Source: Octopus vulgaris (Eukaryota). Taken from it: DNA of 64,000 nucleotides. The position numbers and the translations under genes are program-made. The stretch's first letter is position 1, and each line of letters starts with the position of its first letter. The notes below the pieces were generated by a model. The model was not told the DNA's origin. It saw only the letters and a list, made by a program, of their open reading frames with translations, and ran no database searches. The DNA is taken from positions 25,482,001 to 25,546,000 of the forward strand of contig OX597825.1 of the NCBI GenBank assembly GCA_951406725.2, written 5' to 3'. Of the stretch, positions 38,200 to 51,744 are shown piece by piece.

Positions 38200-38720
38200 T
38201 TTGTCCTCTATCCATTAATCTATCTTCTCCATCCACAGTTGCTGAGAGGGTAGCAGGACTAGAGTCCTCAGGCACTTCTTGTATAGGTCCTGTCAGAGGC
38301 AACCACTGTTAGACTTTCTGGTGGGATTCTCAGGCCTGACTCAGATAAAAGTATGGATTTTATCTTACCACTTCATTCTTGGCGCGGATCAAGGGTTTCG
38401 GCCGGTTGGCTTCGCTTCACGAATCCGTCTTGCGGCTCTTTTCTGCGGCATTCTAATCATATCTACGCAGTAGGAGGACTGTGATCTCTCAATGTGGAGA
38501 AGTAGTGACTCGACCTGTCCAGTAACTTTATTCTAGACATCCTTCGAAAGAACCCCATTTCAGCCGCTCATATTTTCTATTGTACTCTTTCGCTCGTTAC
38601 CCAACATATATGGCTATAGGTGAGGATAGGAACTAAAACTGAACTGAAGATAACAAGTTTCTTTTTTTTTTATCAGCCTCTCTTCTTCTGAGGATCCAAT
38701 GCCAGAATTGGTGGAATACT
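38200..38720 (-). mobile_element. RTE-clade (Rex3/Expander-like) LINE 3' fragment, degenerate
   Basis: Minus: SSVLVPILTYSHICWVTSERVQ*KI*AAEMGFFRRM..GLRIPPESLTVVASDR. Confidence 0.75.
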
Positions 38721-38779
38721 CTACCAGTATGTTTTTCAAGGAGACGAATTTATGAAAAACGGCAGCAGCAGCAACTGCG

Positions 38780-38839
<60 letters not shown>

Positions 38840-38861
38840 GCAGCAGCAGCAGCAACAACAA

Positions 38862-38892
<31 letters not shown>

Positions 38893-38895
<3 letters not shown>

Positions 38896-39408
38896 TCACG
38901 GTCGTAAGACGCAGTTTCGATTTCCAGACAGGGCATTGTGAGTGTTTATTGAGCAAAAACACCTAAGCTCCACGAGGCTCCGGCGGGGAGGGGTGGTGAA
39001 CCCCGCTGTACTCTTTCACCAAAACTTTCTGTGCTTCTTCCACAAAGCAGAGGAACGATGTTGTAACCCACTATGGTGTGGTAAACTTTCAGACCCTAGT
39101 ATAGATTGCAAATCCTCTGTACCCCAGGATGGTTCAGCTCTCCACCCGTTAAAAGACACCGTTTACGGAATGAGGATAACAATGCAGCTTTCGCGCCCGT
39201 GCAACCGCCAGTCTATCGCTTGTGGTGGGTGGATCTTCAAGTTGCCACATGCGTTCTTAGTAGCTTAGAGTAGGCTCGAATTAGAGATTATTCCTTGTGG
39301 CTAATGGCGTTTAGTCCTGATTGGAAGAAGAAGAAGAAGAAGAAGAAGAAGAAGAAGAAGAAGAAGAAGAAGAAGAAGAAGAAGAAGAAGAAGAAGAAGA
39401 AGAAGAAG

Positions 39409-39440
<32 letters not shown>

Positions 39441-39520
39441 GAAGGAGAAGAAGAAGAAGGAGAAGAAGAAGAAGAAGAAGAAGAAGAAGAAGAAGAAGAA
39501 GCAGAAGAAGAAGAAGAAGA
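38893..39520 (+). mobile_element. SINE family C (tail type 1), 5' truncated, between (CAA)n and an expanded (GAA)n tail
   Basis: High similarity to 14460-14918; (GAA)n 39325-39520. Confidence 0.88.
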
Positions 39521-39915
39521 CAACAACAAAAAGATGACTACGACGATAACAAAAATAACAACAGTAAAAGAATACCACCACCACCACCACCACCACCATA
39601 TGCATCAGGTACTTTTCATGTTATATTTAATTTCACGGGATGTAAGTCAAAATTGCATCTTCCTGTGATTTGAACTCAGAACATAGGTGACTTAACCGGA
39701 TAAAGCATACAGCAGTATTCATTTGAGAGTTGCATCGCCTTAACCTTTTGACCAGCCTTTTAGTTTCCAAAATGGAAATGTAAGGTTCATGTCTTTCGCA
39801 ACTGTATAAGCTCCTTCACTAAAGGGATGTAATTTTGTTAGCAGTTTACCGGAAGCCGGAAATGTTGTTCTTGCAATGAGGCATTTAAAATCTCGGCTCT
39901 CGAATGGAGATGAGA

Positions 39916-39969
<54 letters not shown>

Positions 39970-40312
39970 AGCAAACATATATATATATATATAAACAGCA
40001 AACAAAATATAAAGCGAAAATAAAAAAAGAAAGAAAAATCGAAAACAGTAGAAATCGTTTCTGAACCGTGTCTGAAACAATTTCCTCTTCATATGAAATC
40101 AAATACAACAGCAAAACTAATACATGCACATTCTTTTTTTTCCTGTAAGCTTGGCACCGAAGACTGGATTTATGCATGCATAAATAAATGCATTCACAAA
40201 CAGATACATGTGCATAGATTTATATTCACACACATATACGTATGTATAGAGATAATGTAAATAAAGGCATATACACATATATGTGTATGCACATACAAAT
40301 ATGTTTCGGCAC

Positions 40313-40314
<2 letters not shown>

Positions 40315-40353
<39 letters not shown>

Positions 40354-40357
40354 ATAT

Positions 40358-40433
<76 letters not shown>

Positions 40434-40458
40434 GTATATATATATATGTATGTATATA

Positions 40459-40507
<49 letters not shown>

Positions 40508-41073
40508 GTATATACACACACATTGTTTTATGTCATTATTATTCATGATAAATTATATTTGAGTATACAAACAAGAGGAGATATGAACTAAAAATATCTT
40601 GTAAAGAGAATAAGGCTCTTGCTTCTAATACATAAATACATAAATAAATACATACATACATGCATTCATGCATGCATGCATACATACACACACACACACA
40701 CATATATATACGCATGCGCACTTACATATGTATGCATGCATAGGCACACATATAGATCATGCAGATAAAGATATCACCGATTTGAAATGTTTCCGGTTAT
40801 GTTATTTTGAGGGTGGTTAGCCATGTATGGAACTGTTAAATCATGGAAATTATGTGTAAAATCAACCTGACTATGAGTGTAAAGAGAAAAAAAAAGCGAC
40901 AAAAAAACGTATGATTTTATTTTTATATTTAGCAGAAGAGAAAAACAGTGTGAAGAATATTTGAAGTCTGAAAAAAGTAGATATGAATAAATATTGCTTA
41001 TTAAGTGCGGATTTTACCACGATGGTGGATGCTTAAAAAAATACTATATGTGTATCATTTCAGAATACACACA

Positions 41074-41136
<63 letters not shown>

Positions 41137-41202
41137 CATACATACATATATGTATAAACACACATATATTCACACATATGCATATACACACAAACATATA
41201 CA

Positions 41203-41249
<47 letters not shown>

Positions 41250-41369
41250 GTATATATATATATATGTATGTATATATGTATATATATATATATATATACA
41301 TATATATATAAATGTATGTATATATATATATATACATATATATATAAATGTATGTATATATATAGATAC

Positions 41370-41406
<37 letters not shown>

Positions 41407-41480
41407 GGTATATATGTGTGTATATATGCAGGCATTCACACATACACATGCACATATACATGCATATATATACATGTCAA
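40315..41480. repeat. Compound (TA)n microsatellites (40315-40520 and 41075-41480)
   Basis: Direct reading. Confidence 0.9.
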
Positions 41481-41785
41481 TATATACATACGCACACATA
41501 TTTTTAAAATGTCTTTAATCATTTGTTATTAATGAAAATAGTTTGAAGCAAACTTAGATTGTAAACAAGAAACGAAAACTATTATATAACAAAATATTTT
41601 ACGCAAAATGCTTGACACTGCCGAAGATCTACACGGGGATTAAAAAATACATGCTTGGAGACGGACACCTCAGGTTTTTTTCTCAGATTATCTGATGAGA
41701 CTTTACTGAGGTGTGGCCAAAAAGCATGATAGATCCATGATTGTCACAAACAAAATAGAAATATGACAATTAAGTAATTCTGTAA

Positions 41786-42114
41786 CCCCCTTTGGTCACG
41801 ACACTGACCATGGGATTGCACCTAGAAAGTTACACTCCCAGGCACAAGTCCGATCAAGGTTGTTTATGGCAGACCAGCAGTCGCCCATGCACACCGGCCT
41901 CCCATCTCCCCGCCACCAGTGTTATCCAAGGGAAAGGCAAGGGCCAATACAGCTTGGCACCTGTGACGTCGCAACTCATTTCTACAGCTGAGTGAACTAG
42001 AGCAACGTGAAATAAAGTGCCTTGCTCAAGAACACAACACGCATCCCGGTCCGGGGTTCAAGCTCACAACCTCACGATCGTAAGCTCGACGCTCTAACCA
42101 CTGAGCCATGCGCC
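41786..42114 (-). mobile_element. CORE-type tRNA SINE (family D)
   Basis: ggcgcatggctcagtggttagagcgtcg..gtgttcttgagcaaggcactttatttcacgttgctc..actcagctgta. Confidence 0.85.
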
Positions 42115-42591
42115 AGCTGATTATGGTTTAAGTTGTTGTGAATATCTTACGCTTGACACGCTACCGTGTATTAGTAACATAGAGGCGGATTGTAATATTT
42201 TAAGTTAACTGTAGTGATTCCATGGCTCCTCGTATTGAGGCAAAATGTGAGGATATGAATTGAGAAACGGAATGGACCTAAGGACATACTACAAGTCAGT
42301 TTATCTGGCATTCTGCTGATTCTGCACGGTAGTAGCCAATGAAGAGTTGTGACCAACAACAACAGCAGCCGTCCAAGAATTTGGACCTGGAGATCTCCAT
42401 TTCCAGCAACTTCGAGGGCCACCCCCCAGTAGTGTCAGGCGTCAAAGAAGACCCCTCGACTACAACAAGACGACCAAAGTTTTGTTTTTTTCCAAGGTCT
42501 GGGGTCTCCCGACCCTAAGCTCAAGACCATCACCTAATCGCCCTTACTCGTCTTGTTGCTTAACAACAACAACAACAACAACAACAACAAT

Positions 42592-42622
<31 letters not shown>

Positions 42623-42659
42623 GCAGCAGCAGGAGCAGCAGCGAAAGCAACAACATGCT

Positions 42660-42850
42660 TGGTCGCAATGCCCTTCGCACCGTTTTAGCTTTCGAATGAT
42701 ATCGTCTCTCTGGCCAGGCGAGCCGGCCACTACGTCACAGGGTGGTTACTCATTTACAGCTGAGTTGACGGGACCAACCTGAAATGAAGTGCTTTGCTCT
42801 AGAACACAGCGCACCACCCCGCCCGGCCCGGGAATCGAACCACGCGCCGT
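42660..42850 (-). mobile_element. CORE-type SINE fragment with a tail resembling that of the 11098 SINE
   Basis: ggttcgattccc..tgttctagagcaaagcacttcatttca..actcagctgtaaatgagt; caatgcccttcgcaccgttttagc resembles 11148-11175. Confidence 0.65.
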
Positions 42851-43650
42851 TCCCAGATATGTGTGTGTGTGTGTGTGTGTGTGTAATGATCTTTCGTTGC
42901 CGCCGTCGTAGTCAGCTTCATCATCACCTTCGTCTCTCTCAACCGTCATCTTATCTTAATCGTCCTCCAAATCATCCACTTCGACTTAGTAGTCGTCACC
43001 ACCACCAACACGACGACGACGATGACGACTACGACGACCACCAACACCACCGCCAGCACCACCACCACCACCACCACCACCAACACGACGACGACCACCA
43101 CCGCCAGCAGCAGCAGCAGCAGCACCACCACCACCACCACCGCCGCCACCACTGCCACCGCCGCCACCACGACCACGACCACGACCACCAGCACCACCAA
43201 AACCACCACCACAACCACCACCAAAACCACCACTATCGTCTTCATGGTGGTGCTTGTTAAAAAAAAAAGAATTTTTATTGTCAATATAGCTTTTAGTTTT
43301 GTAGAATGTTAGATTTAAAACATTATGTTTTGTTGCGACTAGTTAAGTTCTCACTTGAAGCCACACTTCCTGAAAGTCGATAATATAATAACAGTACTTC
43401 TATCATCAGTAAAAGTTTGAGAAATGTTGTCGATGTCGGTAATCATTATCTTTATATAACCCCATGTGGTCAGAGAAGTGCTTGGCAGAACCAGCAGATC
43501 GTCATATTTCAGCAGCATTTAAGCTAACCCTTTGCCTAAACGGCCATGCTTCTTTTCAGGCTTTTAGTTAGCCCTTGTTTCATACTATAAAGTATTCCTT
43601 TGATAAATCCAGTTTTTTGGTTGAAATAAATTGGTTTTGTGTATCATATT

Positions 43651-44036
43651 ATTTCTTTATTGCCCACAAGGGGCTAAACATAGAGGGGAAAAACAAGGAC
43701 AGATAAACGTATTTAGTTGATTATATCGACCCCAGTGCGTAACTGGTACTTAATTTATCGAGCTGGCAGAAACGTTAGCACGCCGGGCGAAATGCTTAGC
43801 GGTATTTCGTCTGCCGTTACGTTGTGAGTTCAAATTCCGCCGAGGTCGACTTTGCCTTTCATCCTTTCGGGGTCGATAAATTAAGTACCAGTTACGCACT
43901 GAGTCGATGTAATCGACTTAATACCTATGTCCGTCCTTGTTTGTCCCCTCTGTGTTTAGCCCCTTGTGGGTAATAAAGAAATAGGTACTTAATTTATCGA
44001 CCCCGAAAGGATGAAAGGCAAAGTCGACCTCGGCGG
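43651..44036. mobile_element. Nested family B SINEs (+ copy 43762-43983 inside a - copy)
   Basis: Inner TSD ggtacttaatttatcga (43745-43761 / 43984-44000); outer duplication ataaattgg...tgtgtatcatat. Confidence 0.85.
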
Positions 44037-45008
44037 ATAAATTGGAAATGTGTATCATATATGATGCATGGGCTCCAGGGAAATATATCCTGTATATCAC
44101 GTGATATGTAAGAGAGAGAAAGGGTCAGCATGTGTCCCATTAGTTTCTTCTTCAAATCCCACAGGCATCAGTTTTTACTTTCTATTATTCTGGTGCAAAA
44201 TAAATACCAATTAAATACCAATTTGACCATACTGTGGTCGTTTGGTCAAATTGTTATTCACCGATATCCTTCTGTTAAACTTTATGGCTCTGTACCAATG
44301 CTAAAAAAGCGTCAATATTATTTCTCTTAGATCAATACCACCTCTGCAATTTCTGTCTAACAACCTACTTTAGTTCATAACTATCATGTAGAAATATTTT
44401 TATTTGTCAAGCACTTTAATAATAAATAAATATATGAACATTTTATGAGCATCTTATGTCTGCAAGAAGGAAATGTTTTTCTTTATTTCTTATCACGTAA
44501 GAATATTCTTTAATCTTGGTTCTTTTTCTAGCGTAAACACATTTTCTATAAAATATTCATATAATTGTTTAAAACATTATTTCTATATAGTTGTGGCTTA
44601 TATGAAAATTGGAAACAAATGTTTAGATATCTTAAGCTTTAAGGGGCTTTCATAAGGGCTGATAAATAACTACGGCGTTTAAAAATTATTACAAAACAAA
44701 AAACTATAACTCGCAATTTTGGGGTGTGCCTTGAGAGTCATTACATTCACAATTCTGTTTTTGTTTCCGAAACGTTTGTCTTTTGAGATAGTGTAAAGGT
44801 TGTAATAGAAGTATAGTCTTAGAAGAGAATGTCTTTGAAAACTATATCCTTTGTTTTATCCTTTATTCTTTGTTATGTAGAACGAAACCAAAGACTTTAC
44901 TTTACCGACCCCGGCAAGATTTGAACTCAGAACATAAAAACATATCGCAAGGTATTTTCTCCGACCTGTAACGATTCTACTAATCCGTTACCTAAACTTA
45001 ACAATATT

Positions 45009-45470
45009 CTTTTCTACACAAGGTACAAGGCCCGAAATTTTGGGGGAGGGATCCAGTCGATTAGATCGACCCCAGTGCGCAACTGGTACTTAATCTATCG
45101 ACCCCGAAAGGATGAAAGGCAAAGTCGACCTTGGCGGAATTTGAACTCAGAACGACAGACGAAATACCTATTTCTTTACTACCCACAAGGGGCTAAACAC
45201 AAAGAGGACAAACAAGGACAGACAAACGGTTTAAGTCGAGCGTAACTGGTACTTAATTTATCGACCCCGAAAAGATGAAAGGCAAAGTCGACCACGACGG
45301 AATTTGAACTCAGAACGTAACGGCAGACGAAATGCCTGTTTCTTTACTACCCACAAGGGGCTAAACACAGAGAGGACAAACAAGGACAGACAAACGGATT
45401 AAGTCGATTAGATGAAATACCGCTAAGCATTTCGCACGAGGTGCTAACGTTTCTGCCAGCTCGCCGGCTT
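45009..45470 (-). mobile_element. Family B SINE multimer with a single TSD
   Basis: TSD ctaaac(t/a)taacaatatt at 44992-45008 and 45471-45487. Confidence 0.85.
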
Positions 45471-46094
45471 CTAAACATAACAATATTGAATTCATTTTGT
45501 GTCTGCTTTTCCATACCTGCTTTTGTTATTGTCGTTGTTATTGTGTAGCCACCGGCTAGCCTTGATTGAGCAGACCTATGATCAAAGATATGTCAGTCGT
45601 CACAGCAACGTCTTTTTCACCCGAAGACAGATTCCAGAACTACCGTGTTCAACTTTTTAATTTTTTAAAGAGGTGGAGTGTAATCAGAGGGTAATTTTAC
45701 TGCTATTTCTAGTAAACTGAAGCTCCCACGTATAGACTCCTTCTTTGGCTCCTACCATATCAACCGTTCCCACTACCGCACGTCGTTTCCACTGTATTAA
45801 CCAGTCAGTTAACACTTCGTTTATGAAATTGTCAGCCAAGTGAAAAGGACGAGTCTTACAGATCATTGTAATCAGAACGTATTAATTAAGTCCTCGATTT
45901 AGAATGCTGCAAATTATCGATAAATAAATCAATGTGAGAAAACTAATTAGCTTAGTTATCATTCATTTCATTAATATGTAAATTTCTTTCCGAGAATAGC
46001 CATGATAAATATTCTATAGGAAAACCTTTGATATCAAATATAATTACTTCTAATGCTAACCTGAACTTTAAAATCAATTCTTAGAATATTCAGT

Positions 46095-46161
<67 letters not shown>

Positions 46162-46308
46162 AACGCACACACAAACACACACATGCATCCTTCCATCTAT
46201 CCATCCATCCATACATGTATAGTTTCATACATACATATATACATGCACACAAAATAAATATACACACATACATACACACATACATACATACACACACACA
46301 TACATACA

Positions 46309-46342
<34 letters not shown>

Positions 46343-46661
46343 CATACATACATACATACTATATACTTATGTACACACGCGCATATATGCATACATACAT
46401 AGACATATACACACATGGATGCATACCGCAAGCATTTAAACATGCTTGCTTATGTACATACATACGTGGATGCAGACAGCATACATATAAACATGCTTAG
46501 ATACAATGGATCTCCGTCGGTTTCGAGGATAAGCTTTCAGTTGCTCACTCAACTGAACTACTTACACAATAAATTAGAGTGATTACTCCGCAGAAGCAGA
46601 ATTACAAAACATGTGACATGGCCTGGTCTTGGAATTACAAATACGGTGTGTGTATATGTGT

Positions 46662-46698
<37 letters not shown>

Positions 46699-46761
46699 TG
46701 TGTGCGTGTGCATGGTATGTATATGTGTGAAATACTTTCAGGATTTTGTTGTGTATTTCAT

Positions 46762-47315
46762 ACTTATTTCTTTACTGCCCACAAGGGGCTAAACACAGAG
46801 GGGACAAACAAGGACAGATAAACGGATTAAGTCGATTACATCGACCCCAGTGCGTAACTGGTACTTAATTTATGGACCCCGAAACGTGCTAACGTTTCTT
46901 ATTTCTTTATTGCCCACAAGAGGCTAAACATAGAGGGGACAAACAAGGACAGGCAAACGGATTAAATCGATTACATCGACCCCAGTGCGTAACTGGTACT
47001 TAATTTATCGACCTCGAAAAGATGAAAGGCAAAGCCGACCTCGGCGGAATTTGAACTCAGAATGAAGCGGCAGACGAAATACCTATTTCTTTACTACTCA
47101 CAAGGGGCTAAACACAGAGAGGACAAACAAGGACAGACAAACGGATTAAGCCGATTATATCGACCTCAGTGCGTATCTGGTACTTAATTTATCGACCCCC
47201 AAAAGGATGAAAGGCAAAGTCGACCTCGGTGGAATTTGAACTCAGAACGTAACGGCAGACGAAATACGGCTACGCATTTCGCCCGGCGTGCTAACGATTC
47301 TGCCAGATCGTCGCC
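46762..47315 (-). mobile_element. Family B SINE trimer with a single 17-bp TSD
   Basis: TSD tttgttgtgtatttcat at 46745-46761 and 47316-47332. Confidence 0.9.
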
Positions 47316-47789
47316 TTTGTTGTGTATTTCATTCTGACAGGACAGCTTGTCTACAAAATCGGTTTATTAGAATGTAAGGTGAACATCTTTGTTTCCTTTG
47401 TAGAGGGGAAACAATTCTTATCCAGAAAATCTTTATTCGCACTTACATGAGGGAACATATTATCTAATACATCCTTCTTCCTTCGTTTAATGAAAGTAGC
47501 CTGTGAAATGAAAGAAATTTAGCTGCTATATTTAGCCACGGTTTTTTTTGTTTGTACAGGCATAAAACATCCAATACTCATATTGCTCCATGCGTCTTTC
47601 CTTTTACAATGGTCAGATATATGTGATGTGAGGGAGATATAGCTGCTATTTTATAGTATAAAGAATGAAGTGATATTCTGTGTGCTGTCTTCTATGGTGT
47701 GTTAAATGATTTTTTCTATTTTCCCTCCCTCTCTCACACATACACGTTTTTCAAGTAAGCTGGTGAGAATATTTGATCCGTAAAATACT

Positions 47790-48335
47790 AATTTGTCAGA
47801 TAAATTCGTTTGCTATTACTGAAAGAATTGCACAGAAGTGGTTCTTACGCTTCAAGGAGGGGAAATTCGAACTCACAGACACTTCGCATTCGTTTAGCAT
47901 ATGCACCGGCTCAACGAGTCGGTCCAGCTGAAACGACTCATCCACCGACAAGACATGCGTCTTCAACATGACAAACACTTGCCTCCAGGTTCCGAAAATG
48001 CCATTTAGGTGTTCGGTTGGATAGTTGTACTGCATCCACCGTATTCTGCTGATATAATCGCCTTCAGGTTATCCTTCCGCAGTCTGGGAGGTGTTTCACT
48101 CAACAACGATGAAGTGTTGAAGACATGGCTCGATGAATTCTTCATCGAGCCACGTGATACCTATCGAAGACCCGGTGACACCTTTCATCAAAGCATTGAC
48201 AGCTTAGCGGAACATTAGCAAGAATACGGAAGTAATGAAGGAGAATATATTATTGACTGATTTCTTAAAATTGTTGATGAAAAGATAAGGATTAAAATAA
48301 ATGAAAAAAAAAAATATATTACGAACGATTACATC
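47790..48335 (+). mobile_element. Degenerate mariner transposase remnant
   Basis: AITERIAQKWFLRFKEGKFELTD; FGWIVVLHPPYSAD..FRSL..NNDEVLKTWLDEFF. Confidence 0.78.
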
Positions 48336-49698
48336 TGTCTTGAAACAAAAATCGTATTGTTTTGGAAGACTAATATTTTCCTGATAATAAAAATCACACT
48401 CAAATTGCTATCATTCACTTGTATTTTTAAAAATTTCTTCCCGTATTTCCTCAGGCATATGAAAATCATTTCGCTACACATCAATAACTGTTCACTGATT
48501 TCAGTCGCTTCGAGTGAATTTTCAAGCGATCGATTATTATGTGATGGTCTGTTATTTATTTACTTAATTACTTGTTGACCTATTTTCTCTTTTTATTGGT
48601 CTTATATTCGTGGTCAAGTCGGAACAGAACAAATTGATATTTTTGCAGATCAAAGTTGTGAGCAGAGTGGTTAAGGTGCCTTCTTACTCTCTTTTTCAAA
48701 TCGGTCGGTATCTCTATGAACATACACACACACACACAAGAGCGCACGCGCACACGCGTACACCCATGAACGGGGAAAAGACGCTACTAAAATTGTATGA
48801 GAAATGAATGCCAGAATAGTGCTCAGGCTACTCCAGACACTTAAAAGCCAACATCTTAATCAGGTTAAAACAGTTCCACGGAAGGAGTTGGCTATAACAA
48901 ATATGCAACTCGAGTGTATCATAAGGAAACAAAAGATGGAGAAACATTTATATATAACATCAAATTATTTACAAAAACGTTATATAAAAAGAACAGATAA
49001 AATATGTAGTGAAGAATTTTTGAAACAGCTGTAAAGAAATATCGAGATCGATATATTTTTCCCTCGCCGATTATATTTATATTTATGTTTATGTAGCATC
49101 CTTTATACATGTTTATACATGCTTTATATTTATACATATTTAGCAAGATTCCTGATGTAGACTCCTGTGTTGAAACATATTATTATATTTGGGGATGGTT
49201 ATTTTCTGTTTACCAGTAAGCACACGTACTGTTTATTTGATCTTCACTTTAGCTTTATCATTATTATTGGTTTATTTGTCAGAGTTCTTTCATCACACAA
49301 TCTGAGACTTCTTCAATGAAAATGTCTCTCCCCAGACACAACAAAATATGCTTCAACACACGAACTCACATAAAGAATCTTGCAAACCAAATCCCAAAAT
49401 GAAATATAATTATTAATTGTTTATAATATATCCATCGTAATTTATTTTTACAATACTTTTTTACTATATATATAAATATATATATATTGTTTCCTTCTAC
49501 ATTAGAAATATTTAGTATGTCGCAGAAATTTAAGCGCCAATTGTGTGAGCGTTTTGTGAGGTCATTTCATTGGTAACTATTTTAGTCAAGGGCAATGTAC
49601 CATGCTGGTGTCTAGTTTGAAACAACAACTGATCAACAAGTGTTTTGTCAATCTAACAATGTCTCTATATTTACAACTTATACAAATATTGTGCGTAC

Positions 49699-49733
<35 letters not shown>

Positions 49734-49759
49734 TGTGTGTGTGTGTGCAAAGAAATACC

Positions 49760-49988
49760 TATTTCTTTACTACCCACAAGGGGCTAAACACAGAGAGGAC
49801 AAACATGGACAGACAAACGGACCAAGTCGACTACATCGACCCCAGTGCGTAACTGGTTCTTAATTTATCGATCCCGAAAGGATGAAAGGCAAAGTCGACC
49901 TCGGCGTAATTTGAACTCAGAATGTAACGGCAGACGAAATACGGCTACGCATTTCACCCGGCGTGCTAACGCCTCTGCCAGCTCGCCG
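49760..49988 (-). mobile_element. Full-length SINE family B
   Basis: Matches 13008-13239. Confidence 0.9.
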
Positions 49989-50963
49989 CATCGGTTGGGC
50001 TGGTGCTTATCTTTATTACTAATAATGATTATTGCATAATAATAATAAGACCTCCGCTGAATATGACGACAATCTATTACTGGTTAATTTTCTTTCTCAC
50101 AGAGGATTTGAACTCAGCACTGTAAGTTACCAATTCACTTGTCAAAGACATAGAAAGTTATATCGCCAAGCTGCACCTACGTAGAGCTAGATGTACTAGG
50201 TGATAGATTGTTAAGGATCTTGTCCAAGAGTGTAGTTCTGTATCGGAGACAGGATCCGAAATGCCGCCGAAATTTCTTCTTCTTGTCAAGCGGTATATCG
50301 ATTTCCTTGTTTGCAATCTCCGAGAAGACAGAAACTAAATGAAAACTAAAGCTGAGTGTAGCTTTTACACATTTTCCCATCCGTAAGTCTTTTGTTTGCT
50401 TAACAGAATTATATTCTCAGCCTACTTGATATCGCTAACGCTTTTCTTGGAAATTGGTATGGAATATGTTTATGAATCTAAAATTAGGGATTATAAAGTT
50501 GTTACGTAGACAGTATTCCGGCAACGCAAGTGAAATGGAAATTTATGAAGAACAAATCCCTACCAAACAAAGAGATTGAAACGTACTAAATGTATATAAA
50601 GAAATACGGCGATATCAAAGCCATCGGCTAATTGAAAGCAAATGGAATGCAAACAACGGCTGCAAACAGACAGAAAACAATGGCTGAAGACAGTAAGAAT
50701 AGCAACGGAAGTAACAAGCTGATAGTGGAGCCTCTACGTGGTTTTAGATTTGCTAGAAAAACAGCTAAATCTCTCTCTAAACACACTAACTTTTAAATAA
50801 GCAATAAAAATATATAAATAGAATAAAATAGAGAGAGAGAGAGTACATTGGGTAATGTAAATCAAGATACGTAACATAGTGTATGAAGAAAGAGATCATA
50901 CAGTTACGGTTAGATATCAGTGTTGTTATACGCCTGCTCGATCAATAAAACAACAGCAACAAC

Positions 50964-51345
50964 AGTGGAGGCGCAATGGCACAGTGGTTAGGGCAGCGGT
51001 CTCGCGGTCGGAGGATCGCGGTTTCGATTCTCAGACCGGGCGTTGTGTGTGTTTATTGAGCGAAACCACCTAAAAGCTCCACGAGGCTCCGGCAGGGGGT
51101 GGGTGGTGGCGACCCCTGTTGTACTCTTTCGCCCCCAACTTTCTCTCACTCTTTCTTCCTGTTTCTTGTCCCCGGCTTCCTACGCAACCGCTGAGCCTGG
51201 ATTCGCATTCATCCATCTGTCGATGCTCTCGGTGTCGGGAGTTGACCTGCTTTCTCTTCTGCGGGTCTTACGAATTGCAAAGGACCACGTTTCGGACTTC
51301 TCCCATCTTGCGAGCTCTGGGACGAAGACCGTTCGCTCAACAGCA
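50964..51345 (+). mobile_element. SINE family C (tail type 2, (CAA)n end)
   Basis: Same head as 14426 but unrelated 3' half. Confidence 0.88.
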
Positions 51346-51744
51346 ACAGCAACAGCATCAACAGAAACAGCAACAACAACAACAACAATAATTACAACGG
51401 CGTCAACGACGACGACGACGATGATGATGATGATGATGATTACTTTATTTGCCACGGAGGCTTATGTAGACAAATAAAGGAAATGATAAAACACGGTCGT
51501 TACAAAAAGGAGTGAAAGTGGACAAGACAAGCATCACAAAAGCAAGCGAAATGGACGGAACGCAAAGTTCATATAAAACATGAAATACTTAAAACAAGTG
51601 TAACTCAAACAAACAAACAAACAAAAATCCCCTGAAAAACAAATAGCGACCCACGGAGAAACTGGTGAACAACTTTGAGTTGCGAGCAATTTTGTGGTCA
51701 AACGGTCAAGAAAATGACCACTTCTTTGTAACGATTAATATTAT

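Noticed and set aside
42170-42560. GC-richer segment with an 11-bp inverted pair (caacaagacga/tcgtcttgttg), possible HDV-like ribozyme
   Set aside because: Could not fit the nested double pseudoknot; probably a decayed retroelement UTR
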